Shown here one piece after another: positions 62,509 to 64,000 of a stretch of 64,000 nt of DNA; position 1 is the stretch's first letter; the number at the start of each line of letters is the position of its first letter. The stretch spans positions 1 to 64,000 of IMG/VR virus record IMGVR_UViG_3300011774_000001. The stretch is one strand, 5' to 3'. The notes beneath the pieces are model-generated. The model worked only from the letters and a program-made list of their open reading frames with translations. It was not told the origin of the DNA and did no database searches. This DNA comes from a virus (lineage: Duplodnaviria > Caudoviricetes). The translations under genes and the position numbers were made by a program.

Positions 62509-64000
62509 TCACGTCACCTGAGGCGCTTTGACACTCATTGGACCGCCAGACCCTGTGGTTGGACCACGTTGTTGCTGGGTCATCTGCTGAGCGATGATCT
62601 GGAGCAGCTGAACCTGCTGTTGTTGCATTTGCAGGGACTTGTTCCCGATATCGACCAACTTATCAATGCCAGCACCGGAAGTGTTAGCCGCCGATGTGCT
62701 TTGTGCAGACGCTTGAGCCGCCTTCTGTTGTGCCTGTTGCATGGCCTCGCTCGGAGATGGAGCACCGGTGTCTACTACTGGAGCAGAAGCACCGCCCGAA
62801 CCAGACGATGGACCAGACCCACCACCCGAAGAAGTAGTGGTCAGAGAAGCCTTAAGGGCCTCAGGAGGAGCGCCAGGACCTGCCGCAATATCTGCGCCGC
62901 CCGAGTTCGCATCACGTGCAAGACTTGCCACGGATGGTTTCGGTTGTTCCCCGGTAGGACCTGTCGTTGGAGCCACGTTGCCTTGTGCGTTTGCATCTGG
63001 GTTTGGACTGTTGTCCTTGCCAGCCTCGGCCACCTGTTGCTGTGGACCGTCTTTGGACATGACTTCAGTACCTTGCCCTGCACGCAGTACGCTGTCGTCA
63101 ACCTTCTCACCTTTGGACTTCAAGTAGGAGTACATCAGGGCGCCGTACTTGTTACGGTTACCCACCTGCTTGCTGGCCATGAGATCGATGATCTGGCGGA
63201 ACGTACGTGGTTTGGTCTTGTCGCCACCGACCCAGAAGATCGGTTTGTTGTAGCTCGCCTCTTTCGGCATGACATCGGCGCCGTAACGATCGAGGTTCTT
63301 GAGAGCAGTCTTGTAACCACCAGCACCCAAGAAGTGAGCCATGTACGCATCGACGTCAGTCAGAGGTCTGTTGAGCGCGCTCTTGATCTCTTTCATGTTG
63401 TCTTGCATGTACATCACGGTCATCAGGGCGTTAGCCCGTGGATCGTTCGGATCAGTACCCGGCAGGATACCAAACTTCTTCCCGTGCTTGGCGATCATCG
63501 TTTTCCACGTACCCGAGATGAACTGCCCAAGACCGGTTGCAGAACCACCCATCGCGGATTTGACAGAGGAGTCAAACGCAGACTCACTGGCGAACAAGCC
63601 CGCCAATACACCTGGGTCAATACCCGTCATCTTCGCAACAGCTGCAATCAGTTCCTTGTGCGCCTCAAAGCCCTTACGAGCTGTCGGCATTGGCAGATCG
63701 TTGACGTTACCAGACGACCCACCATTCGGGTCAAACGTCACACCTACCCCGCCACCATTCTGGGCGTTGTATTCCCCGGCTTTACCACCGACACCTTGGT
63801 TGTACAGGTCCGTCTTGTTCTGGTTGTAGGTGTCCGACAAATTCCCGCCAGGAGTTTTCTCCCCCGACTTGAACATGTTGGTGAACCAGTTCCCCGAATC
63901 GCTGGACGGTGTGGCACCCTTATCGCCACCTACGCCAAAGAAGTTCTTGACGCTGTCCATTGCACCGGAGAAGAAGTCTTTGGTCTTAGACAACAGACCG
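62509..64000 (-). CDS. Tail-associated lytic transglycosylase, C-terminal part (phiKZ gp181-like); 5' end outside the window
   Basis: SLT motifs ES.F...SATGLGQFI..TW..M and YMAHFLG.GG; frame open to the window edge. Confidence 0.85.
   Translation of the reverse strand, partial: GLLSKTKDFFSGAMDSVKNFFGVGGDKGATPSSDSGNWFTNMFKSGEKTPGGNLSDTYNQNKTDLYNQGVGGKAGEYNAQNGGGVGVTFDPNGGSSGNVNDLPMPTARKGFEAHKELIAAVAKMTGIDPGVLAGLFASESAFDSSVKSAMGGSATGLGQFISGTWKTMIAKHGKKFGILPGTDPNDPRANALMTVMYMQDNMKEIKSALNRPLTDVDAYMAHFLGAGGYKTALKNLDRYGADVMPKEASYNKPIFWVGGDKTKPRTFRQIIDLMASKQVGNRNKYGALMYSYLKSKGEKVDDSVLRAGQGTEVMSKDGPQQQVAEAGKDNSPNPDANAQGNVAPTTGPTGEQPKPSVASLARDANSGGADIAAGPGAPPEALKASLTTTSSGGGSGPSSGSGGASAPVVDTGAPSPSEAMQQAQQKAAQASAQSTSAANTSGAGIDKLVDIGNKSLQMQQQQVQLLQIIAQQMTQQQRGPTTGSGGPMSVKAPQVT

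Overview
A 64-kb segment of a phiKZ-like (nucleus-forming, Chimalliviridae-type) jumbo phage genome. The family call rests on recognisable protein motifs and gene order recalled from known phages; no database search was run. In order, the window holds: the C-terminus of the major capsid protein, a split non-virion RNAP beta-like subunit, portal, baseplate/tail proteins, RuvC, a spanin pair, three tail-fibre/adhesin genes, an endolysin, a ~13-kb accessory island (28.8-41.9 kb), SbcC, central spike, a NUDIX hydrolase, an RNase H-fold protein, UvsX/RecA, a virion RNAP beta C-terminal subunit, DUF1353, a gp182-like protein and the C-terminus of a gp181-like tail lytic transglycosylase. Most notable observations: (1) a translationally coupled cassette of three 2OG-Fe(II) oxygenase-fold genes embedded between tail-fibre genes; (2) a family of ribosome-binding sites in which TAAGGA is the invariant loop of a covarying mini-hairpin; (3) GC-rich hairpins followed by TATGC in the direction of transcription, mostly without a U-tract; (4) a minus-strand accessory operon carrying an EF-Tu P-loop-like peptide, a terminase-N-terminus-like segment and an orphan SMI1/KNR4 immunity protein; (5) an RNase H homologue that appears to have lost its catalytic carboxylates. 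No tRNA, rRNA, CRISPR array, intron or IS element was recognised.
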